DNA from: Podarcis bocagei
Taxonomy: Eukaryota
DNA: 64,000 bases
NCBI GenBank assembly: GCA_964188305.1
Contig: OZ076888.1
Direction: 5' to 3' (one strand)
Position numbers and translations under genes: made by a program. Below are positions 1-10,793 of this stretch, piece after piece (the first letter of the stretch is position 1; each line of letters begins with the position of its first letter). The notes below the pieces were generated by a model that was given only the letters and a program-made list of their open reading frames with translations, did no database searches and was not told the origin of the DNA.

Positions 1-322
1 TTGCAGCAACCACAGCATGTGGTACTTGCCTGCATGGATGTCTTGCTTGTAAATGACCAAGAAAGGCAGCTCTGCCAACCCTGCAATTGTCCTTCCTTCT
101 CTTACCCCCCTGTCAGTTTCTAGCCTAGTTGCATGCTGCCTATGACACATGAAAGATGCATGGAGTGAGAGTGGAGAGGGAGCAGATTAGTGAGCAGGAG
201 CCAAATGCACAAATATTTGCAGGGCTGGATTTATGTAAATGTTTGTATCGTGGTGGGTCAGCTTGTTTCTTAGTCATCATAGAGTATTTGGTAAGTTCTT
301 TAAAAAATTTCTCCTGTTTCAG

Positions 323-480
323 TCTCAAAAGCAGAATCTTGACATTAGTAGGCAAGCCAAATTTGCTGCGACACCTTCGTTTGCCTTGTTTGTAAACCTG
401 AAAAACGTTGTCTGCAAAATCGGAGAAGATGCTGAAGTCCTTATGTCTTTGTATGATCCTTTAGAATCCAAGTTTATCAG
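323..480 (+). CDS. DOCK1: DOCK1 coding exon (~human exon 8), 158 nt
   Basis: tttcag| ... |gtcagt; SQKQNLDISRQAKFAATPSFALFVNLKNVVCKIGEDAEVLMSLYDPLESKFI(S), recognisable DOCK1 sequence. Confidence 0.96.
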
Positions 481-1320
481 GTCAGTGCTGTACGGGAATG
501 TTTTGTTTGCTTTGTTAACTGTTATATTTTAGTTTAGAGACTGCCTAATCCCAAAGGCACAGGACTAGTCATATGAATATACACTCTTTACTTTAACCCC
601 CCAAAAAAAACTTTATTTGTGAATGGCAGGGAAATACATCTTCCTGAAGATATATAGAAAAGGTGATAGTAAAGAATTTGAGTTCCCATGATATACATTC
701 AACACCCTGCTCTCTTCTGAACTGCACAAAACACTCCTATGGCAGTCCTCTCAGTGAGAGGGTACAGCGTTTATCTCTTCAATCCTTTAAAGTGGGAATT
801 ATAGTGATGAACATCACAAATGCCTGTTGAGGATAGCAAAGAGGAAGGCTGTAAAGCACACAGCACATTTACAAGTATAAATGGGCCTAGTGCTCGCATT
901 TTGACAAGCATCTGGAAAAATGGCACCGTGAATTGATACAGAAAATCTAAACCTTGAACTTCAGAAGCCCATTTAAATTCTTTCAGCTTTCAGATAACAT
1001 GCCCTTTTTTGTAATGCAAGGGGCGGGGAAATCCATCAGGATTCTCTTTACTCTCCCAGAGCACATTTCTTCTGCAGCCCAAATGGAATGTAAAATGAAA
1101 CAAATCCATGTATTCCTAGTTCATGTTACTGCTTAAATGTGTGTTCTTGTGTATGTTACACATGCACAAAACACTGTTGTCTAACAGAGGCAATATTGGC
1201 TGAGTAGAATCTCTGTATGCTTGTTAAAATGCAGGTTTTAATGTGTCACAATGTGACATATTTCGCTTTTGCTTGTAAAATTGTGATGTAGCTGATAAAC
1301 TGATATGTTTATTTATGCAG

Positions 1321-1402
1321 TGAGAATTATCTGGTGAGGTGGTCGAGTTCTGGGCTTCCAAAAGACATAGATAGATTACATAATCTTCGAGCAGTGTTCA
1401 CG
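1321..1402 (+). CDS. DOCK1: DOCK1 exon (~9), 82 nt
   Basis: atgcag| ... |gtaagt; [27 protein letters not shown]; phase matches neighbours. Confidence 0.96.
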
Positions 1403-1469
1403 GTAAGTTTGCAACTTTTGAGGTATTCTATTGCTTCAATAGATTGTGAGGCAGCAGGAAATCTCCAGC

Positions 1470-1638
1470 AGGGGAGGGCCATCGCTTCATGACAGAGCAT
1501 TGCTAAAGGGCTCTGGTTCAATCCCTGGCATTTCCAGGGCTGGGAAAGACTGGAGAGCTGCTTGGCTGCTAGTGAAGACAGTACTGAGTTAGATCAGCCA
1601 ACAGTCTGATCCGGTATAGTGCCGTTTCCCATGCTCCT
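1470..1638 (+). mobile_element. Degenerate Squam3-like tRNA-derived SINE
   Basis: GGTTCAATCCC B-box-like head, then CTGGAGAGCTGC...AGTACTGAGTTAGATCAGCCAACAGTCTGA tail; boundaries approximate. Confidence 0.6.
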
Positions 1639-2212
1639 GTCAAAGTCTCCTTTGGTTGGCTCCACTGCACACCAGCCTCAGGTTGGTGCAGAAATGGGCA
1701 TTGTTTGCCTTCCAGCTTCTGCCTTCAAGGACTGGAGCTGGGTTAGGAGAAGACAGAAGCCCCGTTCATGCATTTCTTGCTTCCAGAGCGTAGGTATATA
1801 CAGGAAAGAGCAAAGCTGTGCTTTAGCTCTACCGTGTCCCCCTGGCCTCTCTCGGTAGCCACATGTTGCACACAGCTGTGTAAGCAGAAAGCTGTGACTG
1901 GGGTACTTGAATGATCAAGTAAGCAAGAGCTCACACAACCACATGCAGAACATAGTTATTGGGAAGGAAGAAATGTGACCGCATGGCTCTACACTGCAGA
2001 TAGAGAACTTCAGACCCAGAGACCAAATGTGGCCCTTCAGACTCTTCCCAGCCCCCCCCCCTCATTAGCACTTCTCTGTACCCCCCGCAAGTGCTTTTAC
2101 CTAGCTATAAAGTGTCCTTGAGCACTAATGCTTGCCTGTATGGAGGGCAGAGAAGTGTGAGTGCAGAAACCTCTGGCTTTTGAATCACTGGAATGTAGCC
2201 TACAGTAGAAAG

Positions 2213-2475
2213 TAGGGCTGCGCGGTATATCGTCCAAAACTGGTTTGATGTCCACATTGTGATATTGGTTTAATTGTTTTTGACCTGGCAATATATCCCG
2301 TATCATGATGTGTATGTGCGTACTATGTAGAAATCACAATCTGGGAAAACTCTGAAGCCAGCCAATGACTCTACATAGCTCCCTCCTTGTTTCAGACATT
2401 GTGATATATCAGTATACAGTGATGTTCAGCTGGTGATATATCACAATGTTGAAAACCAAATGTCGCCTAGCCCTA
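2213..2475. mobile_element. Non-autonomous hAT-like element with TAGGGCT...AGCCCTA termini
   Basis: Short terminal inverted repeats; imperfect 8-bp flanks GTAGAAAG/GTACAAAA; sits inside an older repeat resembling 9630-9870. Confidence 0.55.
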
Positions 2476-2933
2476 GTACAAAAGTCAGCCTCTGTTGTTC
2501 CACCCACTTCCCCCTCTGCTCACCGTTGGCATAGGGTGCTGAGAATTATGCCCTGAGGGGATTTAGTTTTTGGACTTTTTTTTTTTAATAAAGGTCCTCC
2601 TTTCTTGGTATATACACTTCAGCACAGCACTCCTGTAGCATCCGAGTGTGGCTTTAATTGGCCATATCTGTCTCATAGGCAGTATTTCACTTGCTCCTAG
2701 TTTTGTTCTTTTTGAACCCACATGGACTTTCATGTGGCTTTAGCTCAATTCTGACACATGCTGAAGGAAATTCTTTGAGCTGCTAAGGGCACTAAGATTT
2801 TTGATGCTTTTGCACTGGGGGAAAAAAGTCATGTGAATCATTTCTGAAGACTCTTTGACGATTGTGTGGGAAATACATTTTTAAATGAGTAGGAATTGTT
2901 CAGGACTCTAGTCATTTTAAACATTTCCATGTA

Positions 2934-3232
2934 CAGTGGTGCCCCGCAAGACGAATGTCTCGCAAGACGAAAAACTCGCTAGACGAAAGAGTTTTCTGTT
3001 TTTTGAGTCGTTCCGCAAGACGAATTTCCCTATGGGCTTGCTTCGCAAGACGAAACGTCTTGCGAATTCTTGCGAGTTTGTTTCCTTTTTCTTAAAGCCG
3101 CTAAGCTGTTAATAGCCGCTAATAGCCGCTAATAGCCGCTAAGCCGCTAATAGCCATGCTTCGCAAGACGAAAAAACCGCAAGACGAAGAGACTCGCGGA
3201 ACGGATTAATTTCGTCTTGCGAGGCACCACTG
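2934..3232. mobile_element. Young Tc1/mariner (pogo/Tigger-like) MITE
   Basis: TA flanks; 22-bp TIR CAGTGGTGCCYCGCAAGACGAA with 1 mismatch; internal GCAAGACGAA reiterations and TAATAGCCGC minirepeat; CpG-rich. Confidence 0.88.
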
Positions 3233-3530
3233 TAAATGTATTCCTTAATCGTTATGAAACTTTTTGTCATGCAAATAACGGTTGAAGGGATGGCAAACTG
3301 AGAAGGCTAAATAGCAAATAATCTTTCTTCTTATGTAATCCAGATGCATTTGTTGGCTTTGGAAGGGGGGAGGCATTCTAACGGGGGGGGGGTTAGATTG
3401 TAACTAATAATGGGAAATGGTCGCTTTCTGTTCTCTCTAGCACCTCAAAAGATATTTCTTCTTATGTAATCTTATGTGGAAATGTAAATGTAGTTTGCAA
3501 AGTAAAGGTATGAAAACTTAATGTTTCTAG

Positions 3531-3666
3531 GACCTTGGCAGCAAAGACCTGAAAAGAGAGAAAATCAGTTTCGTCTGTCAGATCGTACGAGTAGGCAGAA
3601 TGGAACTAAGAGACAACAACACAAGAAAGCTAACCTCTGGGCTCCGGCGACCTTTTGGCGTAGCAG
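3531..3666 (+). CDS. DOCK1: DOCK1 exon (~10), 136 nt
   Basis: ttctag| ... |gtaatc; [45 protein letters not shown](V). Confidence 0.96.
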
Positions 3667-3864
3667 GTAATCCATTCTCTTTAGGTGCACTGTCAGAGTG
3701 TTCTGCAAGTAAGAGCAGCTGTTTGGTATTGAACAACTGCTGACTTGGCATGTTGAAGTTTTGAGAATAATTATTTAGCCTGTTGGTTATATTTACTGAA
3801 TTTTATGCCTAGATCATTTGCAGCTTGCCAAGGAATGTGCATGTGCCCTTCACATGTTTATATA

Positions 3865-4097
3865 CAGTGGTACCTCGGGTTACATACGTTTCAGGTTACA
3901 GACGCTTCATGTTACAGACTCCGCTAACCCAGAAATAGTGCCTCGGGTTAAGAACTTTTCTTCAGGATGAGAACAGAAATTGCGCGGTGGCAGCAGCGGG
4001 AGGCCCATTAGCTAAAATGATGCTTCAGGTTAAGAACAATTTCAGGTTAAGAACAGACCTCCAGAATAAATTAAGTTCTTAACCCGAAGTACCACTG
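3865..4097. mobile_element. Tc1/mariner MITE (CAGTGGTACCTCGGGTTA family)
   Basis: TA flanks; TIR CAGTGGTACCTCGGGTTA / TAACCCGAAGTACCACTG; near-identical copy at 33312-33550. Confidence 0.9.
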
Positions 4098-4335
4098 TAT
4101 TTGTTTCAGAAGAGCCCTAGTGCAGAAGCAGGGTAGCTATGGCAAACATAATATTTGCTGCATAAAATGTAAAGTGCTAATTTCCCAGAATGGAAGGGGA
4201 TGGGCGGAGAAATGATGCAGTATTAAACTGGATAAGGATTCCAGAAAGTTGCATGCAGCATTTAATAGGGATGGTAGAGCTGAATCATCATGGGATACTG
4301 ACCAGAGCTAGAATAGACAAACTGGTGCCCTCTAG

Positions 4336-4728
4336 ATGTTGTTGTTATTGTTGTTATTCCACCCCATACCCATGGAGCTCAGGGCAGTTCACAACATAAA
4401 ATTACAATATCAAAACCACAAAATACATAATGAAAATAAAAACAAAGACAACCCAGTAATCCCCGCCTCCCTCAGCATATTTAAAAGGGCATTGGATGTC
4501 AATCAGTCAAAGGTCTGGTTAAAGAGGGACATTTTCATCTGGCACCCAAAAGTATATAATGAAGGTGTCAACCGAACCTCCCTGGGGAGAGCATTCCACA
4601 AACGGGGAGCCACTGCAGAGAAGGCCCATTCTTGTGTTGCCATCTTCTGGCCTCTCGTGGAGGAGGCATGCGAAGAAGGGCCTCAAAGAATAATCTCAGG
4701 GTCTGAGAGGTGACCTCCCTGAGGCGCA
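4336..4728 (-). mobile_element. L2-type LINE 3' fragment
   Basis: Simple-repeat tail at the left end, then GAGAGCATTCCACAAACGGGGAGCCACTGCAGAGAAGGCCC; homologous to 20100-20380. Confidence 0.65.
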
Positions 4729-4729
4729 A

Positions 4730-5327
4730 GCATAGTCTCCCCAGATGACAAGAGCCCTGGCTGTGGTGGTCCAAAGGAAAGCAGAGCAATTCATTTGGCA
4801 CCAGATTGGCTGCAGGTGTTGCCAGAAAGAGGCCTTCAAGACATCTAGAGACTCCACTCTAGATTTGTGTAGGCCTTAGCCTTTTCTTCTCCTGAAGATG
4901 TCCCACAAGGCAGTGGGTACAGATTTTTCCTCAGGGTTTACTCCCAAAGACTTTCTTGTGAATGAGTATAGCTGCAAGGCAACAGAGATTTAGGATCAGA
5001 GTTCTCCTTCTCTTATATGGGCTACCTTCCCAGGCTGATGAGCCCCCTCTGCCCCTCATTTCCCTCCACAGCACATGCAATAACCGTCTTCTTGATAGTT
5101 GGACTCACAATGAGTCTTGTCTGTTCAATCCACCAGAATCTGTCTTCACATGCAGGGGAAGTCCTTAACTCACTGAGGGTTTGAGACCCATCAGTTACCC
5201 CCACCTGGTTTAGCTGGCCAGTCAAAGCCATTCCCAGGGTGTGGCTGCTGTTGTATGCTGACAGCTTCTAAGAGCCGTAGGTGAGAGCTGAGTGTAGCGT
5301 GGGGACCAAAGGTGGACGAATTACCCC
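4730..5327 (-). mobile_element. ORF-less RTE-related short retroposon (LINE 5' UTR derived), headed by an HDV-like ribozyme fold
   Basis: Contains TCTCCTTCTC..ATGGGCTACCTTCCCAGGCTGATGAGCCCC and GGGTTTGAGACCCATCAGTTACCC blocks that I associate with RTE-clade 5' regions; family name from memory. Confidence 0.55.
5198..5327 (-). ncRNA. Putative, probably decayed, HDV-like self-cleaving ribozyme
   Basis: Minus strand has P1 GGGGU/ACCCU, P2 CUCUCACCU/AGGUGGGGG, P3 GGC/GCC, P1.1 CU/GG, P4 UGGC/GCCA and J4/2 GCUAA in canonical order. Confidence 0.6.
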
Positions 5328-6500
5328 TCTACTCCTTTACTACAGTGATCCAAAAAGCTGGCCTTGATCCCTACTCTTCCGGCACCAAGTTGAAGAAACG
5401 TACTGGATTTGTTTTCATTACTGAGTTTCCCATTTGGAAGAGTTAAAAAAAGATGGAATATGACTTTGCTTGAAAAGAATATATCGATACTGAAAGTTAC
5501 GTCAGCATGGTTCTGATGTAAGGGAATGGATGTTTTAGTGCATTAGATCCTTACAGTATACTTAAGCAGGGCATTTGTCCACAAACATCCAGGTACAAGT
5601 GGCCGACAGAGGCAGTGCTGGACTGGCATATACAATGTCTTTCTCCTTCCTGCTAGATCATGGTGATGTCTGCTAGTAAAACTGTGTCTCTTCAGAGATT
5701 GTTTGCTGCTGGTGCTGTGTTACCAAGCCATGGCATGCTGTCTTCTGAATGTGCCCTAACTGGTTAAGCTGAGAATAACCTTTCCGCTTTCTTTGGGCTT
5801 GGATATCTCTTTCATTATCCCATGTCTGGTCTGGTGCAAATTGCCTTACAGAACTAGCATACTGAACTAGCATTCCACATTGCCTGGTTTTAATGAATGA
5901 TTGTATTGGTTTCTTGTTTGTTTGTTTTTCAAATTTTATTTTAATGTTAATATTGAGTTTCATTGATTATGTTTCTGTAAGCAGTTGTGGAATTTTATAA
6001 CAAGATGTGCAGCATATAGGTATTTTCAATAAATAAGTTTGAAGACTTGGTAGAGGATATTTCAAGTTGCAAATGAGTTTTTGAAGTATGTTCTGTTCTG
6101 CATGCATATTTGTATGCCCACAGGAGAATACACCTAAATGTTGTAAAAGGTTGTAAACAAGAAAATAAAGCAAGTTTCTCTCTGAGATCCATTATTATCT
6201 TTAGTCTCACAGCATCTGCCATGAACGTGTGAATTTATTCTGCAGTGAAGTGGGTTATCAGTTGTAACATGTTTCAGTATGTGATGCACAAATGCATAGC
6301 CATTATTAGCTTCAGAAGATTCTGCTTTTTTCCCTGATGTGAATATAGCAGGGCTATCTTTGAACATAAGAATATATTTGTCGTAAAATAGTTCCAAACT
6401 GTCTGTTGTGAAGCACAAAGATGTCTTTATGCCTCTTTGCCACTTTCCCTCCCTTTAGATGTTGATCTCTTTAACGACATTTCTCTCTTTTTGATTTCAG

Positions 6501-6573
6501 TAATGGATGTAACTGACATAATTAGTGGGAAAGTAGATGACGAGGACAAACAACACTTCATTCCATTTCAGTC
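6501..6573 (+). CDS. DOCK1: DOCK1 exon (~11), 73 nt
   Basis: tttcag| ... |gtaagt; MDVTDIISGKVDDEDKQHFIPFQ(S). Confidence 0.96.
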
Positions 6574-9021
6574 GTAAGTATAAAGTAATGCAGTAGTAAT
6601 GTCAGAGGAGATTTCCAGCAATATTATAGTGGATTATGACTTTCCAGATTAGAATTTAGCTCAGATGGTTTCAATAATGAGAATGCCAAGAAAGGGAAAA
6701 ATAGCAGTGTATGGCAGCTATAAATATTACAGCAAATTAGCAATAAAGTCACTTATTTTTAGCCTGTTTTGTTGAGGAAATTAATCAGATAGCTTTGAAC
6801 TTCTGTGCAGCTTTTTGCTTGTATAGATGTGCATAAGCTGAGGGCACATTGGATGTTTAATTGACCTGTATAGTTCACAAGGAAGCAATTGTTGCTGCTA
6901 TTTCCAGATTGTTATTTTAAGATTTGATTAGCAAACACTCAAAGTCTGTCCTTATTACTGTTGTGGGAAAGGAAGCTCCAATTTAGCTATAGAGCTCCCC
7001 ACTTGGAAGGGCTTTCCATCCATTTCTCTGGATGAAAGAAAGGTGCTGTGTGTGTTGGTTGGTCACCTCAACTGAAATAGATGGGAGCCCTCACATAACT
7101 CCCAAGAGCTTAGCATGCACAGAAATTTCTGGATTGCAGTCAAGGCCTGAATAAGAAATTTAAATTGATCATGAGTTTCCTAGTTTGTAGAGATGTTGAG
7201 AGCGTTGAGCAGCCGTAGGTACTGAAATACATTATATTCTCTGGGAATAATTAAGGGCAGTGAAACAGAATCTTGATGACACAGTGTGAGAAATGGTTTT
7301 GCTTCTTTGGGGGCTTTCAGTAAGCTTACAGGTGAATGCTTTTGGGCACTTTACTAAAGGTGGGATTCAGTGTTTCACTTTCCCAAGCATTGTAGCTTGC
7401 CATGATTCCTTTCTCTCCCCCCCCCCACCATGTACTGTTCTGAGGGTGCTCTTGGGCCCCCCAAGCCAATTTGTGGGGAGTGGCACATGGGGGAGGAGAG
7501 GAGGTAAAGCCCCACTGTGCAAGTGGAAGACCTTGCGTGTGGCTTCCACTGACAGGACAGGGTGAATCCTAGGTCTTTTTGTAAAACCACTTTGAGATTT
7601 CTTTCTACAGTCAAGTATATAAATTTCATGAAGTAAATAAATAAATCTCCAAATAATGCACATTGTGGACAGTGGTTATGCATTGTGTAGGCATTGGCAA
7701 TATTTTCTTACGCAGTTTATAATCAGATGTACTTTTGGTAACACATGCTGCTTAAAGAAAAAAGCAGTCAACATAAGAACATTGAAGTAAGTTTACGTGG
7801 AAACCTGGATAAAATCAGAAAGTGGCATGTTGGAGGGCAGATGAAACAATATTCAATTGCTGCGTCAATACAGGGTGACAATTTATGGGTCCTTCAAAAT
7901 TTTTGTTTTTATAGTAATTATGATTAATAACAAGTTAATAAAGTATTGTAGTTTAAAATGAAGTTAGGTGTAATTCAGGGACCCTGGAAGAAGAGTACAT
8001 TCCCTTCATGCTTTGTGGCAGTTATAAGTTAAGCTGCGACAAGTGTATTGGGAGATGAGGATGAACACTGACAATGCATATTTATGGATAAAGAAAAGTA
8101 GATATTAGTGAAATGCTTACAAGTCTCTTGCTCCATTAAATCTGATTTATAGCAGTATGCATAAATCAGAATTTTGAAAGGATGCAGAATAATATGCGCC
8201 AAGGTTCTCTTTTCTTTTTCCCTCTCCTCTCCCATGGTAGATTAAAATGTTCTTCAGAAAAACTCTGCATCAGGAATGAGCAACGTGCTCTGGCGATGAA
8301 TAGCTTTGTCATTCCCAATGTTGACTTAAGAGCTGAAAACGTGAAGCAATTTTTTTCTTACTCATTTCACGTTGTGCCTTTGTTGTGCCACTTGGCATTT
8401 TTCTTTTCATATCCTGGTTATTTCATAGCCAGTGAAATGAATACAAACACAACGGCTGTCACATGGCACTGTGGCGTAGTAGATATGATTTTTCAAAATG
8501 CTGCATTTCATTTATAACTTCAATTTCATCTTGTTCAGCCATAGTAAAAATGTTTCTTGAATTTCCTCTTATTTTCTCCCTTGCTTGAAGCTACTTCTGT
8601 GCATAGTAGCTTTGCTTTTCACCCTTCTGTTAACTCTCATTAAGCTACGGCTTAATTCACGTCACTTCTGAAGCTAGTCTCGAGCATTCCATGGAGTAGT
8701 ATGTTTTACATTTTGGTGTTTTGTTATTTTATATGTAATTTCTCAGGCTTTTCATCTTTCATCTGCAAACAGAGCTGGGATCTGGTGTACGTTTCTGGAA
8801 TCACAAGTTTGCTTTACTTCTCTTAATTAGATTTACATCTTCCTGATTATCTTCTTATGTCTGTGTTGTTCCCTTTCCTATCCTTCGTCTTCGTGTTGAC
8901 TAATGAACACTCTTTGTCAACTGTGTGATACGCTCCTCTGTTTCTTGTTACTGTGACTTCTGGTTTTCTGTCCCCCATCCATTGTTACCTTTTGGTGTTG
9001 GTCGTCATGTGCATCCTCCAG

Positions 9022-9164
9022 GCTAGCCTTGGATAACGCCATTCGACACAAGCAGTTGAACATATCATCCCGTTTTTCACCCAGGGTGGCAGGGGAGAAT
9101 GATTTCCTTCAGACTGTAATAAACAAAGTGATTGCTGCTAAAGAAGTTAACCACAAGGGTCAGG
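9022..9164 (+). CDS. DOCK1: DOCK1 exon (~12), long form 143 nt; alternative in-frame acceptor gives an 80-nt form starting at 9085
   Basis: ctccag| at 9021 and cccag| at 9084, 63 nt apart; donor |gtaggt; LALDNAIRHKQLNISSRFSPR-VAGENDFLQTVINKVIAAKEVNHKGQ(G). Confidence 0.93.
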
Positions 9165-10204
9165 GTAGGTACTTCGCTTTACTTTACACTGTTAGCATTA
9201 GAAATGATGTAACTCCTCCCATTTTGTCTGATAACTTTGACATTATTCTGAAGGGAATTGATTGAATTGTGTTCAGCATGGTGACATTGCCTTTTTTTTC
9301 ATGGGCACCTCCTTGCTTCGTTGGGAAGTTTGATTACTCAGATGATTAAAGTCTTAACTACTCTTGATATATGCTCTTTAGTACTTTTGCACGCAAGCCT
9401 TTCGGCCATTTCGCTATCACGTGGCACATCTATCATTTTAGGGAGTTACTGCTTGCTCTTTATAGTGAACATTTCCAGTTGGGTAGCCGTGTTAGCCTGT
9501 TGTGCCAATCGCAACAAGTTCTACTTAATCTTTTTGGAGATGCTACAATACTCTGTCCATGTTTGCTGTTTAGTTTCCAAGACCTGCCATAGCAGGTATG
9601 TGTGCATTTAGTTTATAAACCTATAAACGTAGGGGCCAAATGTAGCCCTTCATTCATCTCTGTTGAGCCTTCAGGACCCTGCGAGGATATGCTTCATCTC
9701 CCCTCGCCTTGCCCTGCTCTGCACCATCCTTGAGTGCTTTTGCATGGCTGGAATGAGATGTGATCCTGCCTGGGTGGAGGATGAAAAGGTAGATGTACGC
9801 ATGCCTGTCTAAGGTCCTGTTTCCATTGCTTGAATGTAGCCTATTGCATAAAGATGTGAATCACGGCTCCCCCCCCCCCCAGCTGGAATTTGCAGGAACT
9901 CAGTTCTGGCACCTCTCAGGTGGGCACCATTGCCAACAAGAGAGGCGTTCATGGTGAGAATTGCATCTGTCGCTTTGTTTCTTCCCTCAGTCACCAAAGG
10001 CATTTGACCTTTTTCTTGCAGGTTTGCTTATGAATGGGGTGTGAAAAGAGTAACCTACCTTCTCTACTCACCTTTTCTAAGGTTCTTCTTTACCAGATAG
10101 TGATACTTTTCAAGAGTGCAATCTTTCCCATTTCTCACATAATATGAAGTGAAGTGCGGGCATTAAATAAATTATTATTAATAATAATAGCAACCCGCCT
10201 GGGA

Positions 10205-10545
10205 TCACTGAACGATGAGAGATTCTAGTAAGAAATAGAAAAGGACTAGTTACATGGCAGTAGATAAAACTGTGGCATTCGCTTCCACATAATATGGTGA
10301 TGGATGACCCCCACTTTAGATGGCTTTATCCCCATGCATTCGTTAAAGCCACCAATGGCCTCAATTCCTATATTTCCAACAGTATCTGAGGTGGTGTTCC
10401 TCTTGAGTTCCAGTTTCTTATGACCATGAGTGGGAGAGTGCTATGCGCTGACATCCTGCTTGTGGTACCTGGGTGGCCAACTGTGCTAATCAGCATGCTG
10501 GACAAGGTAGTCCTTTTGTCTGATTCAGAAGGGCTTGTGTAATGA
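10205..10545 (+). mobile_element. Old CR1 LINE 3' fragment
   Basis: TTAGATGGCTTTA...GGTGGCCAACTGTG..CAGCATGCTGGAC..GTCTGATTCAGAAGGGCT; homologous to 51710-51875 and 56769-57055. Confidence 0.55.
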
Positions 10546-10667
10546 AATGATCTGTCACCTTATTACCACCAAAGGTTAAGGAAATGTTAAGAGATTGTTT
10601 TGCACTTGAAGAATACCGTTTTATAAACAGCTTTTTCTGAACTAATGCATTGTACTTAATGCTACAG

Positions 10668-10793
10668 GTTTATGGGTAACGTTGAAGCTTCTTCCGGGAG
10701 ATATTCATCAGATAAGAAAAGAATTCCCTCACTTAGTTGATAGAACCACAGCTGTGGCTCGCAAAATGGGGTTTCCTGAGATTATTATGCCTG
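10668..10793 (+). CDS. DOCK1: DOCK1 exon (~13), 126 nt
   Basis: ctacag| ... |gtaagc; [41 protein letters not shown](G). Confidence 0.96.

Noticed and set aside
2934-3232. Reiterated GCAAGACGAA motifs with variable spacers looked CRISPR-like
   Set aside because: Vertebrate intron; repeats are 10 bp, irregular, in both orientations and enclosed by TIRs with TA flanks, so this is a MITE.
5022-5231. Minus-strand ORF containing RFWWI, similar to the C-terminal FWWI I recall for INSYN2A
   Set aside because: Lies inside a retroposon in the wrong intron, is not followed by a stop, and has no other similarity.
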